From Azolla caroliniana (taxonomy: Eukaryota; Plantae; Polypodiophyta): a stretch of DNA of 64,000 nucleotides. Made by a program: the position numbers and the translations under genes. Positions 60,570 through 64,000 of this stretch are shown in pieces. A model generated the notes under the pieces. That model had not been told where the DNA came from. It saw nothing but the letters and a program-made list of their open reading frames with translations, and did no database searches. Numbering within the stretch: the first letter of the stretch is position 1; each line of letters begins with the position of its first letter. Where the stretch lies: positions 310,701 to 374,700 of the forward strand of contig JBHGNT010000029.1 of assembly GCA_043228905.1 (NCBI GenBank), in the 5' to 3' direction.

Positions 60570-63500
60570 AAAATTTGAGATTTGAATCTTTGAGCATTGA
60601 CACACACAATGATGTGCCAACCTTCCAATCTCCTCCCACATCAATAACTTTTCATCGAACCTTATATCTTTGTCTCCTTCACCATTTTTTTTCACTTGGC
60701 CTTCCATCACTACCATATGGTTGCTACCATCGTATTTGAGGTATGCATGTGTCAGGTTTATGTCAGGTCCATGCTTGTCTTCCTCTTGAGCTTTCACAAA
60801 TTCGATACCCTGTTTTTGTTTCTTCACATGCTTTAAAAACTGATCCTTCTCTCGTTCCTTTTATAGCGAGAGAGGTGCCTCATTTGCATTGAAATAGAGT
60901 TATGGATTTCCCAACTAACCGAATGCGGTCAAACACCATCAACGATGAATGACATTGAAGTGACGTTGTCTGAACAAAAAGATATTCTACACAAACATAC
61001 AACAAAGACTTGCACTCCTTGAAGCAACTACACAAAACCGAAGTGTAACACTTGTCTCACCACAGGTTAAAGTCACATCCCGCTCTAACACAATGAGGGA
61101 TAGTCCATATAGTAGCCAAACACAGGAACCACTAGATCAACAAGTACGTCCCAATCAACCAGCGCCAAACCTAGGGTCAAACCCACCTCCTAACTTCGAG
61201 CTAGTTATCGTCGTAGAACTATTCAAACTCTAGTCTCATTGTTGGGAAGGGATAGACAAACAAATATGGGCATAAGACACCCAACGAATAATTGTAGAAA
61301 GTATGGTGTAATATTAAAGTTGGTCCCACGTTTCCTCGAATGCTCACATGCTTATGAACACGTTGAAAGATTTACACAAATTTGTAAACCAAACGAGCCA
61401 ATAACTGAAGCCACCAAAGTAGCGGCCTTTACGCTTACATCAACGATCAAGAATTCATATGGATCTGACCTTTTCACCGGAATGATTTTGATTACGTCAT
61501 TGTTGGGTCTATCCACTCAAGTGGAGCCCACAACCCGCAGACAGTTAAGAGCCGTCTGCTGAGAGCCGATGTCGTGAAGTTTTGCGCATGTGTGTTACTT
61601 GGGGGTCCACGGGGGTTCCGAGGTTTGCTTGTCGACGAAGAGTACTTCTTGAGCAGATCCGGTGGCTTTCGTTGACCACGACTCATCGAGCTTTCAAGTT
61701 GACCACACGAGTGAACGTATGGGTACACAAGTAAAGACGAGCACACAAGATGAACGCACAAGGAAAGGAAGAACACACATTCACGAATGCTCGTACGCCT
61801 TTATGAGGAGGAGAGGTGCATGGGCACACCCGAAACGCTCCCTCGTCAGAATTCGGCCGAACATACAAGTAACGGGATGAGAATGCAAACACGAATATTT
61901 ATACGTCTTTATGAAGAGGAGAGGTGCATGGGCAAGCTTGAAATGCTCCCTCATCACAAGACGGTCGGAGACACAACAAGAAGGGGGATCAGAACACAAA
62001 CACGAATGCCCGTACGCCTTTATGAGGAAGGAGGAGAAGTGGATGGGCACGCCTGAAATGCTCCCTCGTCACAAGGCGGCAGAATGCACAACAAGAAGGG
62101 GACGAGAACACAAACACGAATGCCCGTATGCGTTTATGAAGAGGAGAGGTGCATGTGCACGCCTGAAATGCTTCATCGACACAACATGGCTGAATGCACA
62201 ACAAAAAGGGGAAGTGAAAACACAAGGGAAGAGACACCACAACATACACCCCAAAATATTTTCTTGATACAAGGCTCAAAGCCACAATGGATTTACAATA
62301 GTGGCGCTTAGGCCGGTGTCGACAATGTCAGACAAACAAGAGTGGTACAATAGAGAGGGACGAAGATGGGAATTCGTGACGACAATGACCACCAAGCACA
62401 AGCACACCAATCCTAACTTCAAATACAACGGCACAAGCAGACCATACGAACTGATAACCATGTACCACAAGAGTCGACCACACCAACATCATGAACCTCG
62501 AACCACGCGAATGGCAAGCTCACGGACTCGCAACAATGAACACAGGCACCAACACCATGAACTGAGAATGACTTGAACGGTGAGCAAATGGGCTCACAAT
62601 GATGAACGTGGGCACCAACACCATGAACCAAGAACCACCCGAACAACGATCACATGGGCTCGCAATGACGAATGGGGGCGAAGCAACACCAGACCAACAA
62701 GCCTCGGCTTCACGAGCACCTCAAATTTGAGATTTGAATCTTTGAGCATTGACGGACACAATGATGTGCCAACCTTCCAATCTTCTCCCACATCAATAAC
62801 TTTTCATCGAACCTTATATCTTTGTCTCCTTCACCATTGTTTTTCACTTGGCCTTCCATCACTACCATATGGTTGCTACCATTGTATTTGAGGTATGCAT
62901 GTGTCTGGTTTATGTCAAGTCCATGCATGTCTTCCGCTTGAGCTTTCACAAATTCGATACCCTGTTTTTGTTTCTTCACAAGCTTTAAAAAATGATCCTT
63001 CTCCCCTTCCTTTTATAGCGAGAGAGGTGCCTCATTTGCATTGAAATAGAGTTATGGATTTCCCAACTAACCAAACACGATCAAGCACCATCAACGATGA
63101 ATGACATCGAAGCGACGTTGTTTGAACAGAAAGATATTCTACACAAACGTACAACAAAGACTTGCTCGTACGCCTTTATGAGGAGGAGAGATGCATGGGC
63201 ACACCCGAAACGCTCCCTCATCCGAATTTGGCCGAACATATAAGGAACGGGACGAGAACGCAAACACGAATATTTATACGTCTTTATGAAGAGGAGAGGT
63301 GCATGGGCAAGCTTGAAATGCTCCCTCATCACAAGATGGTCGGGGACACAACAAGAAGGGGGATTAGAACACAAACACGAATGCCCGTACGCCTTTATGA
63401 GGAAGGAGGAGAAGTGGATGGGCACGCCTTAAACGCTCCCTCGTCACAAGGCGGCAGAATGCACAACAAGAAGGGGACGGGAACACAAACAGGAATGCCC

Positions 63501-64000
63501 GTACGCGTTTATGAGGAGGAGAGGTGCATGTGCACGCCCGAAATGCTTCATCGACACAACACGGCTGAACGCACAACAAAAAGGGGATGTGAAAACACAA
63601 GGGAAGAGACACCACAACATACACCCCAAAATATTTTCTTGATACAAGGATCAAAGCCACAATGGATTTACAATAGTGGCGCTTAGGCCGGTGTCGACAA
63701 TGTCAAACAAACAAGAGTGGTACAATAGAGAGGGACGGAGATAGGAATTCGTGACGACAATGACCACCAAGCACAAGCACACCAAGCCTAACTTCGAATA
63801 CAACGGCACAAGCAGACCACACGAACCGATAACCATGTACCACAAGAGTCGACCACACCAACATCATGAACCTCGAACCACGCGAACGGCAAGCTCACGG
63901 ACTCGCAACAATGAACACAGGCACCAACATCATGAATTGAGAACCACTTGAACGGTGAGCACACGGGCTCGCAATGATGAACGTGGGCACCAACACCATG
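60570..64000. repeat. Compound duplicated region: block A (~60570-61012 and ~62722-63164) and block B (~61787-62625 and ~63162-64000) with ~120-bp and ~63-bp sub-repeats
   Basis: Near-identical ORF pairs at 60549/62710 and 61787/63162. Sub-repeats ACACGAATGCCCGTACGCCTTTATGAGGAGGAGAGGTGCATG and GCACCAACACCATGAAC. Confidence 0.88.

Noticed and set aside
61787-63686. Repetitive ORFs (MLVRLYEEERCMG..)
   Set aside because: They arise from ~120-bp sub-repeats, and the frame is not conserved between the two duplicated blocks.

Overview
Repeat-rich eukaryotic genomic DNA from a land plant (probably a fern, inferred from TE and gene style; not verified). It holds two intact intron-containing host genes on the minus strand: a 12-exon SULTR/SLC26 sulfate transporter (19897-24370) and a 4-exon MFS transporter (37588-42371). 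These sit among nested Ty1/copia elements, Ty3/gypsy chromovirus elements, LINE remnants and tandem repeats. The standout is a complete 10.35-kb cut-and-paste DNA transposon (7087-17438) with 25-bp GGG-initiated TIRs and a TTAT 4-bp target-site duplication. It encodes a two-exon Sola2-type DDD transposase and, convergently, a multi-exon passenger gene (coiled coil, RING-H2 finger, degenerate FCP1/NIF-type HAD phosphatase domain). Its introns and subtermini carry arrays of the palindrome TAGCTAATTAGCTA, a telobox array and an 83-bp satellite. This layout resembles transposon-encoded anti-silencing systems, but that function is a hypothesis. All family assignments come from recalled motifs, not database searches.
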